64,000 bases of DNA, taken from Phoronis australis (taxonomy: Eukaryota > Animalia > Phoronida). The stretch covers positions 441,989 to 505,988 of the forward strand of contig NMRA01000201.1 of the NCBI GenBank assembly GCA_002633005.1, read 5' to 3'. The notes under the pieces are model-generated. The model was given only the letters and a program-made list of their open reading frames with translations. It was not told the DNA's origin and did not search any database. The position numbers and the translations under genes are program-made. The first letter of the stretch is position 1, and every line of letters starts with the position of its first letter. Of this stretch, positions 18,090-32,000 are shown piece after piece.

Positions 18090-19764
18090 GCTTAGAAGAC
18101 TCGATAGACGGATTTTATAGAAACGTGACGCAAAGGTTATGCGACAGTTATGTGCCGGCACGTGCCGTCGCCGGTTCTCGCGCAAATTCGACTTGGCAGC
18201 ACCCAATCTGGCTATTCCATTCTGAAAATTATCGGAGCTTCCAGTTTTCAGCACTGATATTCGATCAAGTACCCGCTTATGTCATTTCGTGTCTGTTTTT
18301 TCATCTGTTCATTCTCACAATAGTTTGTTTGTGAAAAAGAAACTGACAACACCTGACGATGTCTTGATGCGAAGTACTGTGTTTCTTTGTGCCCTTTTAC
18401 TTCTCTTTTTTATTGTCATATTTTGACTGATTATTTGTTCAAGTCTCAATGACTGAAATCTTTCCGATGCGTAGACCAGCAAACTACTCGCCTCAGGAAG
18501 GAAAAAACGTTCCCACCAAATCGGCCAGCATTCTTAACAAGTCTCACGAGCTAATAAATTAGCCTGATATCATTTCAGGTTGCGGAAGAAGTTTCACTCA
18601 TCTGAAAAGCGACTGAGAAGAAGACTGCGTTGATGCCTGTTGTCTCCTCGTATTGGGGAAAGCCAATACAGTTAACTGCAAAATTAACCTTGTTAAAATG
18701 GACGCATTTAAAATCTCTCTCATGTCGAAAACAATATTCTGCTTTTTTGTTTTTGACATGAAAGTTTTTCATTTGTGATTCTTTACTTCTCTATTCGATA
18801 AGCGTTTGAAACTGCGACAGCTAGTCTAAAATCAAGTGTTAATTGCCACACATGTATGGCAGAAAGTGAACCCACTTAGTACTGCGTTCATTATTGCCTC
18901 TCCAAAACGGAAGTTATTTTTTGCTAAAATAAGCTCTGAAGAGTGGCGTACTACGAACTGACACAAATGATTAAAGACAAATGTTAAATAAATGTTACAC
19001 GTAAGTTTAAAAAATAAAACTCGATAGATCAGAGTCTTCACAGAGTAAGCTCTTTTGTATGTCACACATTAAAAAGGAGGCATTATCAGTTTTATCGCCG
19101 AAAACTTTTGAAGTTATTTGCTTTGACCAGAGCTGTAAAGCAGCAAAATCTATTTTTTTGTTATTTCGTTACACATCGCCAATTATTGCCGTTGTATGCC
19201 AGGCATTCTCTGAAATCGAGGCTGGTGACTTGTTAAAATACTCGGTCATTCATTTATATATTACATGTCAACAGGGCGAAATGCAAGTTTTAGCGTCACA
19301 CGTATGTTCATATCATTAACAATGGTACAACACAGTCCTAAGTTTCCGATGTCGTCAACTCAAAATTTCTAGAAAATAACCCTCACTACATTTTTCAGAA
19401 ACAGAAATTAATTCAGTTGGGTCTTCAATTTTTAATGGCAAGCAATTAACTGAAATCACAACGGTTTAAGTGGCATCTGAAAGACTTGTCGACAGCTGTA
19501 TACGTTTTCATTCCATCAGTTCAATAGCCATCTCCACCTCCACGTACAATAATCAGGTTCAAAAGACAGTGAACTTTTAGAAGCCTAGGCTGTTTTAGGG
19601 AATCTTTCGCCATGAGAGATATGGACGGAAGGCAGCCGTTCACAACAGATTTCATCGTTAACATAAAAGAAGAAGTGCAAATAGTTGTGGTGATAGTGGT
19701 CGTTGCATTCTCGTTGGTTACTACTAAAGTTGATTGGATGCTTGAGAAGACCTCCGCGCTATAA

Positions 19765-20041
19765 TCAGAAGACTTTATGAATCGACTGCCTTGCCCCTCT
19801 CGCCATCTGTACCATCGTATTGCGGATGGAAGCAAACATTCCTCCAGCGCTGTTCTCGGTCGAACTTTTTCTATGCTCCATCCATTTTTGATACGTCCTC
19901 CAGTTCTTACTCACACGAATATTCTGGTATTTGTCCTTTCCCTCAAAGAGGCCGATCAGGAAGTAGGTCGTCATCGTCCCCTTTCCTTTCACCTCCATTT
20001 CGCCGCGCTTCACAGTCGTGAAACCTTGTCGCTTTAGCTTC
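19765..20041 (-). CDS. sGC exon 12 (cyclase end and C-terminal tail)
   Basis: cttttcag|[31 protein letters not shown]...SIHKVF TGA. Confidence 0.9.
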
Positions 20042-23000
20042 CTGAAAAGCAACTGTAGACGTATTGTCTACATACACAACCTATAATAGCAAATTTCATT
20101 CTAGGCCACAAAACCAAGTTGATTCTGTGCCGGGGTTCTAATCCTTTTTACTCAAAATGGAATTCGAAATTAGGTTTGGCATTTTCTACTCTAATTTTGT
20201 GCAAACTCAAGAGAAATCATGGGCGGCGCAACATAGGGGGCTGGGGGGGGGGNGTCTATAGCCCCCACTTTTTCAGTGCCAGGCCGCACATGGTCTATAG
20301 GCGGTGCACCGCAGGGGGAGGGGGGCTAAGGGGACTTTTTTCAGTGCTATGCCGCCCACGCTAATGTCTACATTCTATGCTCCAGTACATAATATGACGT
20401 ACGTGGATAATTTTTTAGTCCTAGTTTGCAGATAATAAACCCCAAATTAAAGATATAAGTTCGAGTTTCGAAATTTCGAATTTTTACTCGAGTTTGTAGC
20501 ACGAAAATAAGGGTCATTAAATTCAAACTTGGACTAGAAACTCGTACGCGTAAACTATAATGTATTCGAGCACAGTCTAATAACCATATATCTTGAGTTC
20601 GCACAAAAGTAGCAGAGAAATTGCCAAAAATAATTTTGAAATCATTTCGAGTACAAATATTATATTCCGGGCCCTGGTCTGTGTAACACGTTGAGGTATA
20701 AAATGGGTCATTGTGACAAAGTTTTTAAAAATATTGCACCCACGTTTTTAGTGGCTGCATCCTCGGGGTTTGTACCGAAACATCAAAGTAAGAACCCCTT
20801 AAAGGAGGGTGCGAAATTAACAATGACCAGGGGAAGTGGTGGAGACGAAGAGGACTCTGGAATTTAGGACCGGGAGGGGGATTCGAATTAGTTCCGTCTC
20901 CCGAGCATGGTGTCAAGAAACTCTTGTTCTTTGCAAACCCAGATATCTTTTCTCATCTGGGAAAGGAATATCTTCAGACCAGGAAGGTAAGGTCACCAAA
21001 TCAAAATCTCATTTCTTGGCGTGAACACGGGTTCATGGCCACTTTACTAAAAAGGAAATATTCACCTTGTCAATTTTATTTATTTTTGTAAAAACTGAAA
21101 AAGCAACTATAAGGCTCGTTGTTTCAGCAAGTTAAATTCCTATTGGACAATCTTTAAGGTGGAGATTGGCTACAAACCTGTGCACGGGGTGGCTGATGTG
21201 AATAAGATCCGGCACGCCGGTACTCTCCATTCTGGAAGCCGTGTTCATCGTGTCGCCGAACACGCAGTACTTCGGTTGTCTGTTGCCGACCACGCCGGCC
21301 ACAACCGGACCGTCGTGTATTCCCACGCGCATCTGACGGAAAAACACAAGAGAATGAAGTTAACTTTAGGCCGTTTCATGAGAGGTGCGGTAACGTGTTT
21401 AGCTTCAGGTGGCTCACAGCACTCAGAGTAGCCAATTTTCCTTCCTCACGGACCGCACGGACGTTCTCAACGATTGCGTAGTCTTTTCCCATCAATGGAC
21501 TTTTGAAAGAGCTGCTGTTCGTTTCTCACGTTGCCACAATAGTCATATTGCTTTCTTACGAATACGGGTATTTTCTTATAAACTACATATGTCCCCGTTG
21601 TGCAACTGGTGTGTCCTTGTGATCAAAATGCGGTTCGTGAGAAAAAGAACTGAGGTTGGAAGAATAAAGTTGCAGTTTATGTAAAATGGAACGAACTGCA
21701 GTTCACAAGAAAAGAAGTTTCACCAAAGTGTTCCTGTGCAGATACACGTACGTGAAACGAGTTTACTTTGCGGCCTCATCATGAGCGCTGACATAAACCT
21801 ACCATGATAGAGTTCAATAATGCTAGGACCTACACTAGGACGTCGTTAAAATCAAGCTTTCTCATTCGAAATACACGACAATATCTCACATAATCTCGCA
21901 AAGTCTTGCTTTGTTAGAGAGGTCATAACTTTACCGAACTCTACAGTGGAACGCAAGCTACAACCGATTTCACGCACAACGATTTTCTGGAGTTGTCGGT
22001 TGGAGCTCTAACAAGCTCGCGTAACCTTATTGTTTCTCCTGCCTGATCTACACGATTGATGCCAGTTCTATTTAAGAGATCATAAACCCACCTTCTATCA
22101 CAAGAAACAACCTATTTACCTTTATGAAATCGTTCCAAAAATTCCTTAGTGAAAATGGAGGTGGTTTCAATGGTTCCAAAAAACTGGGAGTTCGTAATTT
22201 CTTGAAATCAGACTGTACAAATTAGCTCGTATCGGCGTGTCATTAAAAAAGAATAACAACAGTTCTTTGCAAATCCAAAAATCCAAAAATCACTTCTCAT
22301 TGATATGAGTTAGGAGCCCTTTGATACCAATTTTAGCGGGCCTAAATAAAAAGTACACTTCTTGTACGGAACACGGCTTCACAGCCGCTTTAATAACCTA
22401 CAGGTGTACATGTAGCTGTGGATATTTCATTAGCAAATCTAGAAAAAGCCACATGTATAAAATCAAAGTCTTTTGGTATGCAAGAATTAAAGTAAAGCCC
22501 CAAACTTTCTGTACGGGACCAAGTATCACGCCGGATCCAAATCCAACATTTTTATTTCACATTAGTGTAAAAGATATACAGGATTTTTATGCTCATGCAT
22601 AAATAACTCATCACATTTATTTCGTGCCATGCCAGGACGAGTCACGTGCCAGCAAACGCCAGGAGTGCGTGACCAGTCAGGAGCAGGTGATCATCTGAGA
22701 ACACGTGACCCCTCAATGAGATGGCGTCAGTACCAAACTCACATTATACAGTACATTATCTTGACAACAAAACGCAAACCTTTCAGCGCATTCTGCTGAA
22801 ATGTGGATGCTTGGTCAATGTACATGTACACAGCCCGGTTGCATATGAAAGAGTCCCAAATGGGGACTCGACTAAGTTCGCTAAATGTTTCTGCGTGTTT
22901 GTGTATTTGTTAACTCAAAATGCCATGTTTTCTATCAATTAATCTTTATCATGATCTCCTCTTTGATTGATGATATTGTTATGAAAACAGAGCCCTTATA

Positions 23001-26000
23001 TCAATGGAAATAACTTAGGGGCGAACTTGCATGAAAATCTCCCTATTCATTTTCAATAGCACCGAGTGTTCTCTTATCAACGCTAGCAATGCTGTCACAA
23101 GTCCACAGATGTAGTGAATATAATCGAGTCTCTATTTGAGACTATTTCGTGCAACTGCGGGCGCAGATCTCTCAGATCGCCACTTAAACGTTCGCCATCA
23201 GGCTCAGCCATATATTGCTTCAAGTGAATGGCGTCATCATTTTCGTGGCCACTAGATCCTGAGCGGTCACGCTCTTCTGGCAATGTGATACCTATTTCTG
23301 TAAGTTAATCTTGTCTTCTGAGCTGGTCACATTTTCGTATTGGTGTCAATATTTTGGACAGTGCTGTAGTGGTAAAATTAGAGGTAATTAGGCGCCCAAC
23401 GCCCACCGTATCACCTTGAGCACTGAACGTTGTGTAGGCGCTACGCTCAAATACCTAAAGGTGGTTGGCTGCGCCTACGCCCCACTACAGCACTGATTTT
23501 GGGTGTATTTTTCTGCACCACAGTTTGTTGGTGCAAATGATGTCATTTGTAATTCTTTTGTGGATGAAGTATTTTCTGGAGTGAAAAAGGAAACCCCAGT
23601 GAATTTATTTTGTGAACGATAATTGGAAATTTTTGTTTGCGACTTTATGTTTTTGAATTTGTAAATAGGTGTTGGAGTTTTTCCGTTTTAGCTTTCCATA
23701 CAAATGGGTAGCGTTACTTATGCGCTACGAATCACAGAGTATTAGGGTTTGCATTTAGAGTTCTAATATACATGTAGATCTGTACAGAGCTTTATTAGCC
23801 CAACAGATGTTCACTGCAACCATTGCTCCAGTTAATTGTCGTATGAGGCTAAACTGTGGATGTCAAACCGAAATACAAAGTAAGTTCCGGGTCGAAGACA
23901 GATCCTGTGATAGCCACATCTGGACTCCATCTTGATCAAATGGGTTCTCAAAATAAGGTTAAAATCAATCAAAATTTACCTTAATTGATGTTCGTGTTGC
24001 TGGAGACGCGACTCGGCTACAAGCATCGATCATTCCCAGGGCAAACACGCCAATTTTCTCGGCGTGGTTGTGAGTTCTTTCTGGCACACCGGCAATGACA
24101 ATATATGCGTCACCAATAGTTCCGAGCTGAGAGCAAACGTGATGAATGTGTAGGGTAATAATTGATGCATGTGTCAGCAACTCAAACTTGACATTGTGCA
24201 CAATTCTCAGCCAAATACCTACAGCACTATAAAGTGTAACTCTCACAGTAAAATATATTTTCTGAAAGTAAAAATCCCGTAGAATTTGATTTATTTCAAC
24301 TCAATATTAATCTGACATTGACTGGGCACACAACTGCAGTATGTCTTTTCAGTAAACGTTAGTAAAAAGTGCATTAAAATAGCGAAACAACAAGAACAAT
24401 AACAGGACCATTTCATCTGGCATAAATGTTCAACTTCAAATCTCAAAAATGCTTTTACAAAGACAACTTTTTTATAGCAGCAGTAAAAGTCGTAGATTTG
24501 ATATCCAAGATAGCAAAAGTGGACCATTTAAAAAAATCCTAACAGTTTAGTGGAGATCCGCGCACAAATCATAGTATCTGAAAGTTTCATTTGATTCGTA
24601 TCAGTCATTTCCCTGATACGATATGTTTCGAAGTTAGACCAGTTCATTCGGGCATTTTTCTAGGGTCCTTCATAACCTTTAACTGTACTGTTGCCTGAAA
24701 CCAGATGTGGCCAACAGCAGAAATCGTGGATGTTTTCAAAATCTTAAATAGCATGCATAGCTTTGTTCAATTGCCCACCTTGTACACGTCGATTTCTTCA
24801 GTTAATTTGTCAAATCTACTATAGAGGGTGTTGAGCATCTCGATGATCTCAATCGGAGAGCACACGGCACACATGCTTGTGAACTGTACAATGTCGCTGA
24901 ATAACACCGTCACGTCATCGTATTTCTCTGCAAACGAACCATAGAACTGTTTCATGCGACACGGTTAGGAAGCGCTACTGTACCGGGGGCAAGTTTTTCT
25001 GTAAAAGCTTGATGCAGTTCGACTTGAGAAGACTTCTTATCGCTTAGTGAGGTTGCATTCAAGCCTTATAATCACCTCAACAAAAGTATGGAAATTTGTG
25101 CTCACTCACCCGTTTTTTATAATTTTTGGTTTTAAATAATATGGCATACCAATAGAAAACCAGTCATTTCCTTTTCCAATGATACCACCTTCCGCCAATA
25201 ACTATTTATTGTGTTTAGTAACTTTGCTGCCAAAGAGGGCGCTTGGTCTCAAAGTGAATGTTGCAAATTCAGTTGAAGCTAAATGTGCATTTAAGTTTGA
25301 GCATTCAGCTTTTTCAATAGCAATTACAGTGCTGGTTACGTGGTAATAAAACAATGACAATTTGGCAACACTTAAACACTCTACTTATTAAACAACTGAA
25401 TAGACAGTAATGATAGTCTGACTGACAGACAACAGTGATACTCTTCTCAGTATAGGCTAGGGTTGACGAACCGCTTGAAGACATTACAGCGACACACCTT
25501 CTTCGCACGCTGTTTACCAGCCTGGCGACGCGTTGCTGTGTAATGGCATTCCACTTCTGATTCAGTAAGCGCCTTAAATCAGCCACAGTGGTTGTGTTGG
25601 TCACTCGCGCACGTACAGCGCGTCCGAGTTGGTCCCACAGGTCTTCGATGGAGTTCAAGTCTGGGCTACATGCGGGCCATCCCATTTTCTGTACTTCCGC
25701 GACAAGGCACAGATGGTTTGTCACATGCTTGGCTCAGTGGGGGCTCGCAGTCGTCTTGGAAGATGAAATAATGTCCCGTTGATAAGAAGGGATTGCTACT
25801 GGCACCAGGATGTCGTCTTAGTACTATACTGCATTTTTAAGTTAACATCGATGATGACGAGCCTTATTTTGCCAGTGATGGATATGCCACCTCGCAACAT
25901 GACACTGGCACCACCGAAGACTGTTACACGACCCGTGCAACAATATATAGGTGCCGTTCATCACGACGCCTCCATACGTCGTACTTTGACCCGGCCGTTA

Positions 26001-29000
26001 ACCTTTCGCAGACACAACCTGGACTCATCACTGAACGTGACATTTCGCCACATGTTTTGGTTCCACCGTCAGAGTTGCTGACACCAGCGCAAACTGGGCA
26101 CTCCAAACACAATATGCATTATTGCGATTCACACTGGGCATGCCAACAACAGGTGTTCCATGNAGTACGTACTATACTGCATTTTTAAGTTAACATCGAT
26201 GATGACGAGCCTTATTTTGCCAGTGATGGATATGCCACCTCGCAACATGACACTGGCACCACCGAAGACTGTTACACGACCCGTGCAACAATATTTAGGT
26301 GCCGTTCATCACGACGCCTCCATACGTCGTACTTTGACCCGGCCGTTAACCTTTCGCAGACACAACCTGGACTCATCACTGAACGTGACATTTCGCCACA
26401 TGTTTTGGTTCCACCGTCAGAGTTGCTGACACCAGCGCAAACTGGGCACTCCAAACACAATATGCATTATTGCGATTCACACTGGGCATGCCAACAACAG
26501 GTGTTCCATGCCATCGTTCAGTGTCTCACAAATTTGGTGTTTATCCCCCAATGTTAATCACCAACACATCCCTGCTTGGAAAAAACAAGGACTATAGTAA
26601 CATTCACTTTGAAACAAAGCCGTATTTGGCAGCAAAGATACTGAACATGTCAAAAATTATTGACAAACAGTGGTTTGAAAACGGCAATGACTGGTTTAAA
26701 TAAACCAAAAGTATTGAAAACACGGACGGCTGAACACAAATGTTCAAACTTTTGATGAAGAGGTGTTTAGTAATGAAATCGTAACAGCAACACTATTGGA
26801 GGAGCCAGAAAGATATTCTACTCGTTACCCACACGCACGGCGATTCATTGCGCCTTTTTACGGGTAGCCGCGGCGAAAACCGTAACGTTGATGCTAAGCT
26901 GTATACCAAATATACATGTACATCTTTGCGCCGATGTGGGAAAACTGATTACATAAAATCTGACACAAAATTAGTGTCATTAAAATCTACACCCTTCCTT
27001 GAGTAAACCAAATTATTTACCGGTGTTGGAAAATTTGGCGTTCTACCGTTATTCTGCTTCTAAAATTGTGGTGCGGTCTTTTGCGTCGGCTTTTGGCGCC
27101 ATGAAATATTGCGGCACCTATATTGGCCAGTTTCTTTTTTCTTCGATTCTTCATTCAACTATTCTTCTTCCTTGAGGTTGTGTACGTGTCACAACAAATT
27201 ATCCGTTACTGGTTTCATTTCGTTATAAGTTTTAAGTATTTTGATACCAGCAAACCGAATTTCAAAGCAAACGTTGGTGCTGCGAATATGCCATCTCTCG
27301 AGAGTTGTCGCAAAAAATTGGGAAATGGCGCGTGCGTGGGTAACGAGCGTACTGTTTTCAAAACGACGACATACTTTTCATTGTTACAAAACGAGAGAAT
27401 TACGCAAATGACCTTTATTAGATTATTTTTCACTTAAACGGCTGTAACGGGCAAGGTGAGTGTCTATTGAATCCCATATATTGCACTGCATCTCCGCCGA
27501 TCGTTAACTCTACATGTTGATATAAGTTTCACGACGTGGTGACAACTACCCGGGCTGAGTGAAAATTTGGGGTCTGTCGGAGCTCAACACACAGTGGTAA
27601 CTGGCCAGCCAGCTAGCTGTATCAAGACTATCGTCAAAATACAGTTAGTGAATATTTAGTATACAGCTTCGCGCCAAGGCTAAGTGGTACCTACCTAGGT
27701 GTATCTTGACGGTGTTCTTCATACAGCTAGCTGGCTGGCTACGGAAACCGATGCGTGAGCACTACACTAGATATGTGGGGTATAAATTATCCAATCCACG
27801 AGTCAAGGAACGAGTGAACGTGATGTAGTAGACAGTCAGCTAGGTAAACTGGCAGTTGAAATTTTCCCTAGTTGCACGAATCCGCCATTATGCTTGAAAA
27901 CGAGGTGTTGTGTCTAAACTACCATGGTTCCTTCTGCATGTTTGCAACACGCGCACTTTCACGTTTGCGTTCTAAGTGACAATGCACACCAATTATTTTT
28001 GCAGCGCCACCAAAGTGTGCAAGTAGTGAATCCCACAATTAATTTGTTTATATCACGTGAATATGAAATATTTTGACCTTTCATGCGTATGCGCCATTTT
28101 TGACATTAGTTAACACGAACAGTGATTTTTGACTTTCCCAACTTTGTACTGTGCACTGTACACGAACGAACAAATCGGAACAAGCTTTCTGGAACAAAAA
28201 ACGTACAAAGATGACAGTGAAATGTAAACGGCTCGCAAGATGATCAAATCAGGGTTTAAGAATTGTTTGTCCACGATAATTAAGCGAATCTAAGTTTTAA
28301 GTTTCACGAACAGTACTCTAATTTCAATAGGTCTACAAACGGTGTACACTCAAATAAGATATGATATTTCACTCGTTAAATATATTTATGTGAGAATATG
28401 AACTCGTCCCACTTATACCCCCATCTTTCGAACTGGTCCATTAACCCCTTGTGTAGATTCGCATGCGGTCCTGCACTCGAGGCACTAGGACATTCCATTT
28501 CCAGCCGCACTATTTGGTTCGTTTGTGTTACTGCCACGAGTTTGGTCAGCTCCTGGCTCCAATAGGCTGATGATTGTCACATGTCATAGGACTCCTTTGT
28601 TCTCAGTAAAGTTACATTTCCTGCCATCAGTACCTCTTTTAGCAGCACTTAGGTTCGAGTCTAATCTCACTTCATTTTCCCCACCCTCTACCACCCTCTT
28701 TTTTGGATAGTTCCTCTTACCTGAGTGCTGGCGCTTTTTATTGCCCATCTTTCCAGAGATTGTTATTTTATCTTTATTTTATTTGTACACTCATATTTCT
28801 AAACCTTATCAGTCATAATAAATGACCTTATATCGCCTATTCACGGTCTCCTTTGTATCTCTGGAAACGGAGCGTGCGACGCACCTATTATTTTCGTAAC
28901 ATATTCTGAACATAAAAAAACTGTTACTCATCCAATCTAACCAGGAGTGCCAGATTCTTCTCAGTAACAAACGAATTCAATCCCCAGTCCTCAAGCCCAT

Positions 29001-32000
29001 GTAACACCAAATCACTACCATCATCGGACAATTCTGGAACACACATAAGCACGAAACTAACTGTCTAAGCCCACAACCTCAATGAAATAAGTCTAGCAAA
29101 GGGAGACTTGAAGCAAGGAAATGAAGACTGGAGGCTCCGGCATTTGCCAACCGACTGTATGAGGTGTTATAATGCACTTACTGTATGGGTCATAGAGTGA
29201 AATATAATTGACTGTATGAAAAGAACCATTTATGATGTGGTCTTTTTAGCATTTTCTAGAACGACTGAAGGTTTTTTACGCAAAATTGAGCCTACCTCGT
29301 GAATCTTGGGAACAAAAAGGTCATCGGTCCAACGTAATCAGTTCCGTATTTTATCCAGTGACAGATACAGTCAGGGCATCTTTGTCTGTGTAATCAAACA
29401 AGCTTACCCGCGTTCACAGGTTCGCCAGCCAAAAGTTGCCTGGCCACTTTCGCCGGAAGCAGTTCGTGTAAAAGAGTCACCGTCTTTTTCTTTTCTACCT
29501 CAAGCGCGCGAGAGGTTGTCCGCCAGGCATTGGTGGCCTCGTCAAGCTTACGACTACATCAAAACCACAAAATGTTCCCAGTGTTGCAGAATATTCTCCA
29601 CAACGTTTGGCAATTTGAATTTCTACACAAACAGTGAAAACGAATATTTTCAAAAAAGAACACGTACGTGGAAATATGGAATGGAGTTATTATATTCGTA
29701 CTGGAGGGTCCTTTTTCTTCACTAATTGGTACTGCGGGTTAGGTATACATACGAATTGCAAGCCACCTAGTCAGGTTTTCAACACTTATGTTTTAATGAA
29801 AAAATATTGCTAAAGTATACTCGTTAATATGACAACAAAATTCCGCGCGTATAAGTGGCAGGGTTGCAGAACGTATGAGATGACATCATATGAGTGATAA
29901 CGTGGGAGTTGTATTTCTTCTAGACGAAGGTCCAGTTAGTCGTTTCAGGAGAAAATTTGGCATGAGGCAAATTATGTAACCCAATGCTCCTCAAATTTAA
30001 AACAAACCGCTGCGTGTATGTTATGTTGTCTATAGCAAAAAGAATATCCCGAGGTAGAAAAACATGGATATACACTTTCTACTAAATGTCACTCCATACT
30101 TATTACCCCTCCAAATCAGTACAGCACAGAACATGTGACCTTAAAGGCGAAGGCAACCTTTTTTCATGTCATTTTGAGCTAAAATAAAGTTGGTTAGTTA
30201 TCCTAGACATATTTTCCACTTAATTACAGCTTTTCGTAATTTTATTAATTACTCGTCCGCTACTCCGGAAGTGACGTTTTAGGAGGCAAGCATTTCGCGC
30301 CAATTTCTTTTCATATAGACTGACTGTGATAGCTGCCGAGTCGGTCATTGTTCTACCTCGGTTGTGTTAAGTTCCGTCGTCGTTTGTTTTCATTTACTAG
30401 TCAGTCAACATGCCACACTGTTGCTGCGTACCGGCATGTACTAATTATCGTCTCACGCGCGCTTTGGGAGTTCCTTTGCATCGCTTTCCTATGGATGACA
30501 CACTTCGCCGTACTTGGCTCGTTCTTGTGAAGAACGCAGCGTTACGTACAAAGCAGTCGAGAATTACCGTGTGTGTGGCAAACACTTTCTGCCGTCCGAT
30601 TACGAAAGGGATTTGTACGCTGAACTGATGAAGGTCCCTGCGAAACAACGCCTGAAGCAGGATGCCATTCCNGCATTTGACCTGGCAGAACGAACATTCA
30701 GTGAACAAGCAAAAACAGCATTTTCGTTCTGATAATAACCATTGCCGGTAAAAGGACCGAGCGCTGCTGCCATATGAAGTGAACAGATTCACGCGAACGA
30801 CGAGTGAGTCGTCCATTGTCGTCATTTTACCCTACAAAATGAAGATACTGTGTAGATAGGTAAGTACCGCAAACCTCGTTTTAGTTCAGCATGCAAACAC
30901 CGGGGGGAGGGGGGGGGGGACTCGAACGAGCCCCCCATTTGACGAAGTGTGCAAAAAGGTTCGCCCCACCAGAGAAACAAAAAGTCCGAGAAAACGCGCT
31001 ACTGGTATGGTCCTTTAAGACTTTTCATTATTGGTCAATGCCTTAAAAGCGATGAAACGAATTACCTGATACCACGATTCCCTTTTCCAGCGATGCCTTA
31101 TCATCGTATTGTTGTGGACTCGCTGCACAATCGTCGGGCGTCGTCTCTTCCTCTCGCCAATAATTTTCACATCCTTGCTCGTCTTCGCTTTCAACGATCC
31201 GAAATACGTACACCTCGTTTATGAATTCTACAATCTTATCGAACGTTACGTCAATGGTAGGATGACGCAGATGGAATGTCTCCCGCAACGGTGCGTCCTT
31301 TTGACGAAGTCTGGTGCAGAACTTCTGTAACTCTAATCCGGACTGAACGACTTTGAGATCTTTGTTGACAATCATGTGATATGGGAAGCAACGGATGATA
31401 TCTTTCATACCGAGCGCAGTGTTTTGTGGAATGTACGGAGTGAAGTCCCAAAGAGAGTTTCTTCTCTTTTTCAGACTAGTGCGCCGTGCACATGACTGAT
31501 CATGGGCGTCAGCACCCTTCACGTGGAATTTGACTATGTCTTGCACGTGGTCGCATGGATTTGTTGCCGTTGTACGCTTTTCGATAATCATTTCAATCTC
31601 CACGTTGAACAGTTCTTTGCAAACGGATGTCAACAAGCCTAACGGAGAACACCTTTACGAGGTCAGTTATTTTCAATTTTTTTAAAATTTAAAAAGTAAA
31701 ACTGAATTTTGGGATAGCTTGAAGAGTTTCTGCGGCAAACTAAAATGAAACGAAATTGGACCAAACATTCAGGCAAGGCATTTCACTATATTAGTGCATT
31801 TTAATGTGGACTGTGCTAAGTCACGGCATAGAACTCTGGGCATGGAATGCCAACTTCGATAACACGCGGCTGAGACTCTGCCGCACATGCGTGGTAGTTG
31901 TTTGCAGTAGTTGTTTCGGTGTTGTTTCCTGCTATGGGATATAGGACATATGGTCGAAATTTGCTTTAGTATCAACTAAGTAAGTTTAGATCTGTTGTCA

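Noticed and set aside
18348-18383. Minimal Penelope-type hammerhead-like motif (aacac ctgacga ... cgaag ... gtgtt)
   Set aside because: The core GAAA is GAAG, the stems are weak, and no adjacent Penelope ORF was seen.
30625-30646. Hammerhead-like CTGATGA...GAAAC
   Set aside because: It lies within THAP coding sequence, stem II is poorly formed, and no stems I/III are evident.
24927-31066. sGC lacking the coiled coil via direct exon 6 to exon 9 splicing (phases are compatible)
   Set aside because: An intact coiled-coil exon (29553-29408) and the start of exon 7 (GQM) were found in between.
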